A stretch of 64,000 nt of DNA. It comes from Phaeosaccion multiseriatum (lineage: Eukaryota > Protista > Ochrophyta, other classes). Of this stretch, positions 16,795 through 28,949 are shown piece after piece. Within the stretch, counting starts at the first letter, position 1, and each line of letters opens with the position of its first letter. Location: contig OZ218953.1 of NCBI GenBank assembly GCA_965112735.1, positions 434,001-498,000 of the forward strand. The letters run 5' to 3'. The notes beneath the pieces are model-generated. The model was not told the DNA's origin and did not search any database. It saw nothing but the letters and a program-made list of their open reading frames with translations. The translations under genes and the position numbers were made by a program.

Positions 16795-19700
16795 CAAAAG
16801 CAGAGACAAGACGACAAGAAGTGCGATAGCAGGCGGGCTCCTCAACAAGAAAGCACAATAAACAAGTCCCCCTGGCCACGCTGTGCCCTCCCCCACCCCC
16901 CTCCCTCAACTCGTCGTCACCCGCCTCCCTCTCGCTCTCCCCCACCCCTCTCCTTCCTCTCTATTCACTGGACGTACCGTGCCCAAAGCGGTGACGAGCG
17001 CAAACTCTTGATTGGGGGCCTTGGCGTCAGGGTTTTTGTCCAAAATGTCGGGGGGAAGCTCCCGAGCGTTGGCCGCCTGCACGCGCTGGGCCTCCTTCTC
17101 GTTCTCCTCCTGCTCCGCTACTTGCTCCGCTGCCGCCTCGTCCACTGGGGTTGGAGGGGGGAAGAGTGAGAGAGAGGGAGGGGGAGGGGGAGGAGGCGTG
17201 AGGATTATCGCTGTGTGTGTGTGTGTGTGTGTTACGTCCGCCTTGTACACACACGAGCAGGGCCTCACCCACACACGCACAATCACACACACATGGCGAT
17301 ACGCACCGATGGACTTGTTGAGGAGGGCCTTGCATTTGGCGACAACGTCCTGCCCGTACTCAATGTTCATGGCCGTGGCCGCCTCCAGCAGCTCCCTCAT
17401 CCTCACGATGGATGGCTTGGGCTTGTCAAGCTCAGCCCTCATGCGGCTGAGCACCTCCTCCTCCTGCAGCTGCTTGAGCTCCTTGCGCACCTATGGAGAG
17501 AGGTGGACAGGAGAGGAAGAAAAGAGACTTGGAAGGAGCACACCACCGCTACAGCTCCTACTCGGCGTATCACTCTCCAGACAAGATACATTTGTCTGGA
17601 CACAGACAGAGAGAGAGAGAGAGAAGAGTGACGCAGCACCTCCTCCTTCTGCCTCTGCTTCAACTTGAGCTTCTGCCTCTGCTTCAACTTGAACTCGTTG
17701 CGTACCTTACGCCCGTCTGCGAGGTCCGCCTCTGGCACGCCAAGCTCCTCTCCCTCCGCAAGTAGCCTGTCCCGAGGGGGCAAGTCGGTCGGTGAGAGTG
17801 AATCGTATCAAGCAATCAGCTAAGCAGTCAAAGGTAGGTAGGTAGGTAGGTAGGTAGCTAGCTAGCATGCCAATGCCGCGAATGCCCTCCACATGTTCAT
17901 ACGCACTACCCCTACATAACATCCCTGTAGGGAGAAAGGAGTGTCAGAGAACAGAGAACATCACGCAAGTAGTACAACCAACACGCCTACTGACCTGTCC
18001 AGCGAGCCGAGGACCTTGTAATCCTGCCTCTTCATACCCCTCCTTGCCTCCGTCACCATCTTGTTCATGCCGGCCATGAACTCCTTCCGCCTCTGCAAGG
18101 TGCGGGCGTAATCGCGAGCTTCCCGCAGCTGAGAGGGGTGAGAGGGGTGAGGGGGATCAGATGGGTTGGGGGGGAGAATGAGACGAAACTGTCGAAACTG
18201 TGCACATCTGCCACCATCTCCATATCACCGTACCCTCTGCTGCCATCCCATCCCATGTCATTCATCACTGTACCTGCGAGTCCGGCACTCCCGCCGCGGC
18301 AGCATCTTGCAGCGCCGCGAGGAGCCCCTCGAAGTTGTCGCTGTCCTTGGCGGCAGCCACCTTGGCCAGAGCTCGCCGCTGCTTGATAGCCTGCACCTCC
18401 ACCTTGGCTTGCGCCACTAGTGGGTCCTTAAGCCGCAGCTCCGTGCTCAGCTCCAAGGCCACCTCCATGTCTGACAGAGTAGAACAGTTGGTGATATACG
18501 GAGCAGCAGCGGGCAGGTGACAGGAGAGAGATGTCAGCAACAAGGGTACACCAAAGCAAGCAAGCCGCGGGGGGAGCAGAGAAGCACTAGGCTCGCTCCT
18601 CTCCGCGAGTCCTAAGAGCAGCCAAAGACACACCCTCGGCCTCACCCCCCCTACTGTGAACTGATTGAGGTACTTGCTTACCCTCGAGGTTTCCGGTGGC
18701 GATTGAGTCCTTGAGACTCTGCAGCACCTGCTTCTTCACCGCTGCTTCCCTCACAGCGTCCAGCTGCCGCACTGTGCTCGACCGCAGGAAGATCTAGAGG
18801 CACACAGGCAAACGTAAGGGGAGGGGGGGGGGGACAACGGAGTGAAGGCATGGCCCCTGCTGCCCATGTGCCTGTCCGCATGCCTGCCCATATGCCTGCC
18901 CATATGCCTGCCTGTCTGCCTGCCTGTATGCCTGGCATGCATGCTAAACACACTAACCTTGGACTGCCCCACCATGTAGTCCATCTCCGTCATATGGCCG
19001 AGCTTCACAAGCTCGGCCGCTGTGGCCACGCTCTGGGGTCTGTTGTATTGTTGAAAGGCCACGCACACACACAATAGAAGGAGGAGGAGGGCCGGTAGGG
19101 TATGTTAGGACAGAGCCGGAGAGAGAGAGAGGGAGAGAGTGACGTAAAGTAGACTTGCCACACAGGAGCGTGTGCGTGCGTGTGCGTCAAAGGGCGTGTG
19201 CGTGCGTGTGCGCGTACCTGGCCTTGAGTCCCTGCTCGTCGATGACGGGCGCATCTCCCTTCTTGGCCACCGCCCTCTGCGTCAGCGCCTTCCGGTTGGG
19301 CTCCATGGGGTTGCCGAGGCCCGCCAAAGACGAGTACTTGCTGATGAACTCTCTATGCTCATCAAACAAGGGCAAGGACAAGGAGAGCAAAGGAAAGAAC
19401 ACACACACGCACAAGCACACATGAGGGAGGCGGGGAGGCGGGGAAGAGAGGCTTGAGTGACGCAGCAGCATGCGGTGAGAAAACATACACACACACACAC
19501 ACACGAGCCAGCGCCTGAGGCAAAGCCGCAGCAGAGTCACAGTCCGTACGAGGGAAAGACACGGCCCACGAGCACCGATCCATCGACATCCCTCCAGCCC
19601 CCCCCCCTCCCTCCCTCCCTCCCTCTCTTCCTGTTGACTTACTGGTGGGGGTATCTGACGCTGAAGCCCTTCTGGCGCACCTCCACCACTGAGATCATGC

Positions 19701-20272
19701 CCATCCACTCCAGCTGCTGAAGCACGTAGGCACCGGTGAATGTGTTCGGTACCTTTGGATGGATGGCAGCGACGGATGGCAGCGACGGATGGCAACAGAT
19801 GATACCATACAACAGGGAAGGAAGGGAAGGAAAGGGAAGGGGAGAGGAGTGAGTGGTAAGAAATGGGGCACACACAATTCCCTTCCCCTTCCGCAGCTCT
19901 CGCAGCATGTCGTGATGTGGCGAGGGCCCCCTCTCCTCCTCTCCTCTTCTCTCCTCTCCTGCCCCCCTGTCTTATCCCCATACGCCTCTACCCCCGACCC
20001 ACCTGCAGCTCGTTGGGCTTGACGCAGCGAATGTAGTGTGGCGAGGTGTCTCCGATCATCTGCAGCAGCTCCGTCAGAGAGATTTGGAACTTGCCTGAGA
20101 GGGTGAGAGGGTAAGAGGAAGAGAGAGTGAGAGACAGAAAGAGAGACAGGAAGGGAGAGAGAGAGAGAGAGACAAACTAATTTTGCCCACTTGCCCTACT
20201 TGACTTGCCTGACACGAAGGAAGAAGAGCCCTTCTTACGCGTTCCCGTCGAGACCTTCCGTCTGCTTGCATG

Positions 20273-20311
<39 letters not shown>

Positions 20312-23300
20312 GAGAATGGAAGGGGGACAGCATCGCACAGCACAGCAGCGCAAAAGAGGTGAGAGGAGGGGGTAAGAGGCCTGCCCTCCCACCCAACACA
20401 ACACAGCAAGCCAAGCAAAGCGGCGGATCCCTCTGCTCTCGCCCTCCACTTCCTCCTTCCCCCTCCCCTGCAGTGATCCTTTCTCTCCCTCTCTGACGCT
20501 GACCCACCTGTGCCCTGCCTCCTCTTTGTCATCCGGTGAGTCAGCAAGCAGGCCCGCGATGAATTTGTCCGAGCTGAGACCACCGCGTGAAAGGGGGGCA
20601 GGCAGGGCATAGAGGGGGGGGGTTGAGTCTTGTTGTACATCTACGTGAGTACATGAGCGGGGCCTTCCCCTCCTCCCTCCCCCTGATCCTCTGCCTCTCT
20701 TAACCATCGTCCCCTCCTCCCACCCTCCCTCTGTATCACCAACCCGCTTACCTGGCGATGACCAGCTCCTTGAGGGTGGTGGGCACTTCATCCTTGTTCT
20801 TCTCCACGAAGCTCCCAATCGTGTACGTCACCTCCCCGGCGAAGTGGCGGATGCAGAACCGCCCCTCGTTGCCCTGTTTGGGGGTCCATGATTGGGAGGG
20901 GGGGGGGTGATTGGGAGTCATGCTTGGAGGGGTAGGCCATACACACGCACACACACACTTCATTTGTCGGTATCTCAGCTTTAGTTTCAGTTTATGGGGG
21001 CTACCTACACCCTCACCCACACCCACACGCACACACCTGGCTGCTTCTGGACTTGCCCACTCGGGGATTGGTGAATACGTCACTCTTGCCCAGCAGCTGC
21101 TGTTGGTAGCGCTTCAGCAGGTTCTCGCTGTGGAGGCAAAGCAAGACAAGGTAAGGTAAAGCAAACCGCGATCAGAAGAGAATATAGGAGAGGCATGGCG
21201 CGATATTGGGGTCGGGTGGAGCGTAGGGTCGGGGGGTGAGGGTAGAAGGTCGGGTCGATGAATGTTGTATAATGACTGATGTATGTATGCATGTATGTAT
21301 GCCTGTGTGCCTTTACCTGGAGCCGTTCTTGAGGGTGGTCTCCTCGTTGAGCAGACTCAACACCCCCATGGGCTTGGCCTCGAGCACCGACAGCGTGTCG
21401 GAGTTGTCAAGGAAGTCCACCTTACACTTCTCCTTGAACACCTGAGAGCATCACCACATGAGGACGGGATGGACGGACGTACATGAGCAAGCATAAACAC
21501 AATCACGGCATGGGGTAATGAGCTTTTGGACGTAACTGCCACCCACTGCCGCCCTCCACGCACTGTCTGCATGTATGTACCATCCACTGCCATCTGTATG
21601 GCCGTACCTGGTCGAGGCCTTCCACCTTGAACTCTGCCTCCTGCAGCTTGAACACATAGAAGTTGAACTGCTGCTGCAGGCGCTCATTGGCGTAGTTGAT
21701 CAGCAGCTGGAAGGGTGGGTGGGGGGGGGGACAGACAAGAGAAAAGTAGTGTGAGAGAGTGGGGGAGAGAGAGCAGACCGACAGGCAGGCAGGCATACGG
21801 GCAGGCAGGTACTTTACAGGCAGTTTGTACCTGCTCCAGCGAGTTGGTGCCGAAGGCCTCAAAGCCGAAGATGTCAAGCAACCCAATGAAACGCTGGGCA
21901 CCTGCAAGAGACGGGGAAGAGGGGCGGTGGAGACGGGAGGCTTGAGAGAGATGACAAAGCAAAGAGAGGCGGTGCGTAGAGACACACATCCGCACGGTAC
22001 AGAGAGAAAGAGGAAGGAAGAGAGAGAGAGAGAGGCTCTTGGCTTGCCCCCCCCTCCCATCCACTGCCATCCATCCCACGTACCTGTCTTGTTGCGACCC
22101 ATCATTGCTCTGTTGAGGGACTGATTCACCTTGTCCACAACGAAGTTGAACAGCGCATTGTAGAGCGACTTTGCCACCGCGTTACGTGAAGCGGAGGCCT
22201 CCTCGGGGGTCTCCTGCAGTAGTTGGTCATACATGCAGGGAGGGAGTGAGCAGGCCTGCTCTACCTTTCATCTCTCATCATCATCATCATCATCATCACC
22301 ATCACTCCATTAACTTCTCTCCACGCCCTACACCCGAGACGCACGTACGCACACACACACACACACGCACTTACGCACACACGCACATACACACACACGC
22401 ACGCACGCACGCACCGGCACGTTGACCATGAACTGGCTGGAGCCCTGCCCGTTTCTGTTGCCGAGGAGCTTCACAGTAAGGGCCTCCTGCAGCCGCTCGG
22501 GGGGCACTCCCATCAGGAGCGCCGCCGTCTGGAGGGAGGGGGAGTTAATACCACCTCGCACCTGTTTGGGTTGTTCGGCATGCAAGGAGTGGGTAGACAG
22601 GGGATGGCAGGGGGACACAGGAGGAGATGTTAGGTTGTTGGGATAGCAGGACAGGGCAGGGCAGGGCCAGCGAGGGACGACAAGAGCCACGGCAAAGCGG
22701 GTTCACAGAGAGAGAGAGAGAGAAGAGAGAGTCAGATGGGTGTTGAGTCAAGGCAATGACTCACCTTGGAGCCGTTGTCCTGGTTCTCAATAGCGATGGA
22801 GTCGAACTCGAGGTTTCCGAGGTGCAGCACCGCCGCCACGGCCCTGTACAGCCCCATCTGAGCCGTCTCCTCCAGCCCGATGCTCTCCAGGCAGTCCTGA
22901 GGGGGGTGGCAGTGGATGGCAAGAGAGAGATTGATGAGGGAGAGAGACGGAGAGAGACAGCGGGTGTGGTGACGAATCACCGGTATGTCGTTGTCCACCC
23001 TCCCACCCTCCCACTCTCTCACCCTCCCCCCCCTGCCATCCTTCGCTCCCTACCCCCCCAACGTCGCACCCCCCCCCCCCCTCCCCCCTGCCCTTGTCCC
23101 TCACCCTGATCTGAGCAAAGTCCGCCTGGTCATCCATGCCCTCAATCTCCGTGCATCCTCCGCCATTGAGGTACGCGAAAGCCTCGGGCCCTCCCGCCAG
23201 GCCAAGTTCCTCCCATTTGGGATCCGCTCCCTTGACGAGCTGCGCACGAGAGAGCCGTGGGACAGTTTCAGACAGTTTCAGGGAAAGAGAGAGATGGGGC

Positions 23301-26300
23301 CAAAGCAGGGCAGGCCAAAGCAGACCCCCCACCCCTCAGACGCAATAATCCATCTCTGCGTTTGAAGTCAATGCCAACAGATGACAATTACTGACCTGGT
23401 AGAAGATGTGGTAGTTCCTCTCCCCGGGCAGCTGCTGCACCACTCGGATCTTCTCCAGCAGGTATGTCGTGACGCGGCCGCCCGCCACCACCCCGCTGTT
23501 GTGCATCGTCACCTGCGGATGGGGGATGGCAGGGGATGAAGCAGAGGACAGCAGTGGATGAGGAGGGCATGGTACCAGAGGGCTCTCGATCAGACGGCAG
23601 ACGAGTGTGTATTATAGAGAAGCACAAGCACATGGTGGCGATGCAAGAGAAAGGCAAGCGCGGCAATGGACTCTCTTCTCTCTGTGTGGGCAGCACAGCT
23701 TGTTGGTCACTTGGGAGAGAGTTGTTGCAGCTAGCTGAGGAGCCTCTGCCTTTCGCTGGCTTTCGCCGCGCTGCCTGCCTTGCCCCCTGTTGACCGGACC
23801 AGGCCGCGTCGCTCACGGGGTGCGAATGAATCTTTGGTTCATGGCGTCCGCCTTTCACCTTTCGTTGTCCACCAAGCCCATCTGCAGCATAGACGCCATT
23901 CACCATCCTATGCGATTCCTCTCTCTCGTCTGCCTCTCTTTCTCTCCCCCCCCCCCCCACATCCATACCTGAATGTACTTCCCGAACCTCGAGGAGTTGT
24001 TGTTGCGCAGCGTTTTGGCATTTGCAAAGCCCTCCATAATGGGGTTACTCTTCAGTATACACTCTTCCACGCTTGCCTGCTCCTCCCGCTCCCCTGATGC
24101 CGTCATCAGCCCACTCCCAGCCCTCTGCTCTCCGTTCGCGCCCTTCTTTCGAATGCTGGTGGAAGGCCGGCGGATAGCGATGCCAGGCTCATTGGCGAGG
24201 CGTTCCTCCTCTGAAGCCTGTGTGGTGTGGAGTGGAGCGTATCAAGATATGATGATGATGATGATGACGATGATGATGATAGTGTATACAGAGAGAGGCC
24301 AAAGCAGAGTTCAGTTCAGTTGAGCTCAGTTCAGGTCATGCACGGAGCTTGGTCGTCGTCGATGAGACACCGTCTTGCCCCTCTTCTCTCCTCGCCTCGA
24401 CTCGACTCTCAGATACGGCCTCTCATCTCCTCTCTCCTCTCCTCCATCTCTTCCCATCCCCTCTCCCCCTCTCTCCCCTCCCCCCACCCTTCCCACCGCA
24501 CCTGGCTCCTCTCGCTGAGATACTGCAGGAGGTACTTGGTGGTTTCCGTCTTCCCTGCCCCAGACTCTCCGCTAATCAAGATACTCTGACTCTTGTGGTC
24601 CGACAGCAGCCCTGCGACCCGAGTAGTTGTTGACCAGAGGCAGGCAAGAGAGAAAGAGGAGGAGGAGGAGGAGGAGGAGGGAGGGCGGAGGAGGAGGACG
24701 GAGAGGAGGCAGTTCGAGGGTCAGCCAGCGACAGCCGATATGGGGTCCTTCGTACGCCCTTCTTCAGCCTCGAGACAGAGCGGGGGTATATGCCCGCTCT
24801 CTTCCGGGTTGGTCGCGACCCATCCCTTGGGACTCCGAGAGGACATGTAAGGACCCATGTGTTCCTTCTTCCTTCCTCCTCACCTCTGTATGCGAGCTCC
24901 ATGAGCATGAAGGGATGCGGGGCGGGGTTGTCATTGGTTGCCATCGTCGTGTAGATTGCCTACAAGCCGCAGCGAGGGAGCGAGAGAGGAAGGAGAGGGA
25001 GGCACAGAGAAGGGGGCGGTGCAAGTGAGGCACCAACCTCATGCACACCTACAACGTGCCGATTGCGAGAGAGCCCTTAAAGTCAATACGCGTACACATT
25101 CGCTGCCCCCCTCCCCCCCGCCCAACAGAAGAGGAAGAGAGGCACTCGGCTGCTGCTGCTGTTGTTGTTGTTGCTGCTGCTGCTGCTGCTGCTCCTTTGT
25201 CGCCTTGCTCCTCACCTTTTGCGCGTCATCGTAAAGCGAGTTGATTCTCTTGTAGGGGTTGACAGCCACGAGGATGGAGCTCACAGACGTGTAGATGTGG
25301 TCCTGCCCGTAGCGCACCTGCACACCGCACACACAACACGCAGAAAAGCCGCGATGCAGAGACGAGAGGAGTCAGAGAGCCACAGGGAAGGAAGCACAAC
25401 GGTTGAGATGCAAGTAGGCCCAAGAGAACTGCCTCGAGTCGAGCAGAGGGGAGGAGAGCAGTGCTTAGGCTTCATGCTCTTGTGTATCATCATCCCCTTC
25501 CCTTCCTTTGCTGCCTTTACGTAAGTCTTACGTACCCGCAGGTTGTGCAGCACGGAGCCCACCGTTAGCGTGTCCATCTTGACCATGTCTCCCACTCCCT
25601 CAAGAGAGAGGGGGTCGCACAGCTGGACTTCCTTACCAGAGTGGAGCTACGGGGAGGTGCGGAGGAGAGAGGGAGGAGGATTTGTTAGTTTGGTTAGTGG
25701 GGAGCGGTTGTTATCTGGGAGGAGGGGCAAAGGAGGTAATGGTGCCACGGAGCAGCGGGCCATCCACCCCAGGCCCAAGGGCGTGTAGGCTACTTCTGCA
25801 TAAGGTGGTAGCACTGCTGCTGGGGCCTCTGACAGTGGCCCAGCGCTTGGCCCTGGTACCCCTGAGCTTCGACGGAAAGGCAGCAGGCAGAGAGCAGCGA
25901 CGGGACCACTGTACTCTCCCTCCCGACCAGAGGAAAAGGCTCTGCCTGGCCACTCCGCATGGAGCAAAGCACTGTCTCTGCAGCAGTCTCAAGGAGGATG
26001 CCTCACGTCCCGCCGTTGTCAGTCCACAATGCCACGTTTATTTCGTTGGCTCGACTGCTCACCCAGCCTGAAGTCCGTGCTTATCCCCCCCCCTGATCGA
26101 CTCGCTTCTCGCAACGCCTCTCGTGCTCTTCCCCACATGGTGGCACATCGTGACCCCCTCCCCTTCTGTTCGTGATTCTTCCTCCATCCTCAAACGAGCA
26201 ACCGCATGCGCCTCCACCCTTCCCACACTCCAACTCAGGATACTTTCCGCACTGTTGCAGCACTCGAGGAGTGCCACTGTCCAACCCACTCCGATGGAGG

Positions 26301-26621
26301 CAAGATGGAGGCGGCAAAGGAGAGAACAGGAGCGGGAAAATAGGACCAACTCCACCACCCCAACGTCGCGTCGTATGTAAACCGCTGCGGCGAGACTACG
26401 CTTGCCCCCCCACCCCACCATACCTTACACTCCTCCTCCCTAAAGGAGTTGTCTGTTCTCACCTCTTGATCGTTGAGCATCATGGTGGCCTTGCCGGGGC
26501 ACGCAACCGTGACCTCCCTGCTCGACCCCAGCCCGCTTATCCTGGTCACGCTCCCCAGCACCCATCCCTCGTGATCGTCCCTCACGAACACCGCGCCCCC
26601 CTCCTGCAGCTCAGACGCCAT
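11505..26621 (-). CDS. Unconventional myosin: motor domain + helical repeats + PH domain + ankyrin repeats (multi-exon)
   Basis: N-terminal SH3-like exon from 26621. P-loop GESGAGKT in exon ~24502-24611; [23 protein letters not shown] (switch I); [17 protein letters not shown]; [28 protein letters not shown] (switch II); [12 protein letters not shown]-like exons ~15.1-16.1 kb. Ankyrin-like [26 protein letters not shown] at 11.9-14.0 kb. Stop at 11505-11507. The tail junctions I checked are in frame; not all were checked. Confidence 0.9.
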
Positions 26622-27128
26622 GGCTCCTTGCCCGCCCGCCTTGAGCCTGCCAGCAACAAGTGCTCAGTGCTTATTCGCAGGCGTTTGTGAGTTGGACGTG
26701 TATGGGTCTTGCCGAAAAAAGAGTGCCCCCTCCTCCGCCCGCCTCTCTCCCGCTCGGCAACTGCCCAGGCAGGCACGTTAGCACCCGGACCTACTGCTGC
26801 GAGTCCACTGTGTCCCCTCTGCCCCCTCCCGTCTTGGTCGTTCCTCCTTTTGGATGACAAAGCAAGGCCTCCCTGTGAAAACCCCGGGGGTCATCCCGGC
26901 TAAATCCTCTTCGGACGAAAAGTAAGATCCTGGTTTGGGGTGCGGCTCAGTGTCTCGGCAGCACTCCACCTTGGGAGGAAATAAAGACGGTAGGGAGTGA
27001 GGGAGGAGAGGGCTGGCCAGAGGCTGGGCCAGGTTTGATGTAGAAACTCGCGTCCGTAGGGAGTAGAGCCTCCAAAACAGACCCGAGGAAGAACAAAACT
27101 TGCCTCTTTTTTTTTTTTAGGGAGGAGC

Positions 27129-27922
27129 ATGTCCGGCTGCAGGGAGGAGCACGAGGGGGCCGGGGGAGGCGAGGGTCATGACCACAACCACAACCACGGC
27201 CACAGCCACGACCACGATCATTCGCATGACGTCGAGGTGCGCAGGGTAGCCTTGAGGCAGGGGAATTTGAGTTGTGTACCGACTCCGCTCCCCTCACAAC
27301 TCCCGTGTCTGCTCTTCAGGACCCGGACGGCTTCAGCCTCTTCGGACACATCGACACGAGTCGGGTGCGCTGCCTCAACGAGCGAAGCGCTGGGGAGGGA
27401 CTTCATTGCCTCAAGGTACGCCTCTTGCTGATTAACTTGCTCAATTCTTGTTTCCTTGACTCTTTGCCCCCCGCTCTTCCCTAGCCCTATGACCGGCGGC
27501 GGGACTTGGAGCCTGTGGTGAGGAGCAATGAGGACGATCCCGAGCTGCTTATGTACATTCCATTTACACACGTCGTCAAGGTGAAAGCCATCAGTGTGAG
27601 GGGCGGGCCGGGAGGCACCGCACCCAGCAAAATGAAAGTGTGAGTGTGTCAAAAGAAAGGCAGGGGGTGGGCCCAGCAAGGAGCCTTCAGTTCGACTTTT
27701 AAAGTAGGAGCTCTCCAACAAGTCCAAGGAGGATAGAGCCCCGATTCCGAGTGGTGCCGTCTAACTCTCTCTCTCTCCGTCTGTCTCAGGTGGGTCAATC
27801 GAGACGACATAGACTTCGCCAATGCCGCAGAGCTGCCGGCCGTGCAGACGAACGAGGTGTGTGTGGCACCGAGAGGAGAGCACCGCGGCTGTGGCGACAC
27901 TTCAGTTGCCGTCGAGGAGGAG

Positions 27923-27970
<48 letters not shown>

Positions 27971-28340
27971 CACCAGGCTCTACCTTTTCTTTGCTCCTCT
28001 CTGCTCTGCGTTTCCTGTCTTACTACCCCAGTAACCCCCCCCTCCCTCCCTCCCTCCCCTTGTCTGCCCGCAGCTCGTGAACGGTGAGGGCTCTGCGGTG
28101 GAGGTGGACTACCCTGCCAAGATGAGCAAGATGCAAAACGTCAGCGACATTACCATATTCTTCCCTGAAAATTTTGGGGGCGTACAGGGTGAGGAGATGA
28201 GCACGGTGCTGTCCTACCTGGGCTTCAAGGGAGAGGCGACCTCCTTTAAGGGAGGCACGGTGGAGTGCGTGTATGAGGCCAAGCCCAACCATGCGGACCA
28301 TAAGAAAGCTGGGGCGGACATGCCCCCAACCATATTATGA
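27129..28340 (+). CDS. PITHD1: PITH domain-containing protein with His-rich N-terminus
   Basis: Exons 27129-27236, 27320-27415, 27485-27639, 27790-27856, 28074-28340. SLFGHID..VRCLNE, SNEDDPELLMYIPFT..VKVKAI, ITIFFPENFG, YLGFKGE, YEAKPNHADHK are PITH hallmarks. Confidence 0.9.
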
Positions 28341-28949
28341 CAAAGTGACACGGACCGGGGGGGGGGGGAGGGAGGAGGAGAGGGAGGAGCGGAGCAATGT
28401 ACATACATGTGGGCGGGAAAGAGGGGCGGACATGCCCCCAACCATATTATGACAAAGTGACACGGACCGGGGAGGGGAAGGGGGGAGGAGGAAGATGAGG
28501 TGGAGGACGAGGAGAGGGAGGAGCGGGAGGAGCGGAGCGCTGTCCATGCATGTGGGCGGGAAAGAGGGGGCGGGGGGGCGGAAGGAGCCGAAACACGGCC
28601 TAGAGAGAGTGAGAGAGTGGAGTAGGGGAGGGAAACCGCCGGGAGAATGTGGAAGGGAGACCGGGGGGGGGAGAGTGGGGATGAACCCTAACCCTCCTCA
28701 CTCCTCCTCTGCAGTGTGTATGGCAGGATAGAAGATGATAGAGCAGGGTAGAGAGCATGAAGGGTGGGTAGAAACAGCGCACCCCGGCTCCAAACCTTTT
28801 TCTATTAATACGCATCTAAAAGAGTGAATGGAATCGAATGGAATGGGGGTTTTCATCATTGCCTTATTACATGATTTCCCCCCCCATATATGCCTTGCCG
28901 CCGGACTTCACACGATTTCACTGCCTTCCTCTTTTCTCTTCAAAACAAA

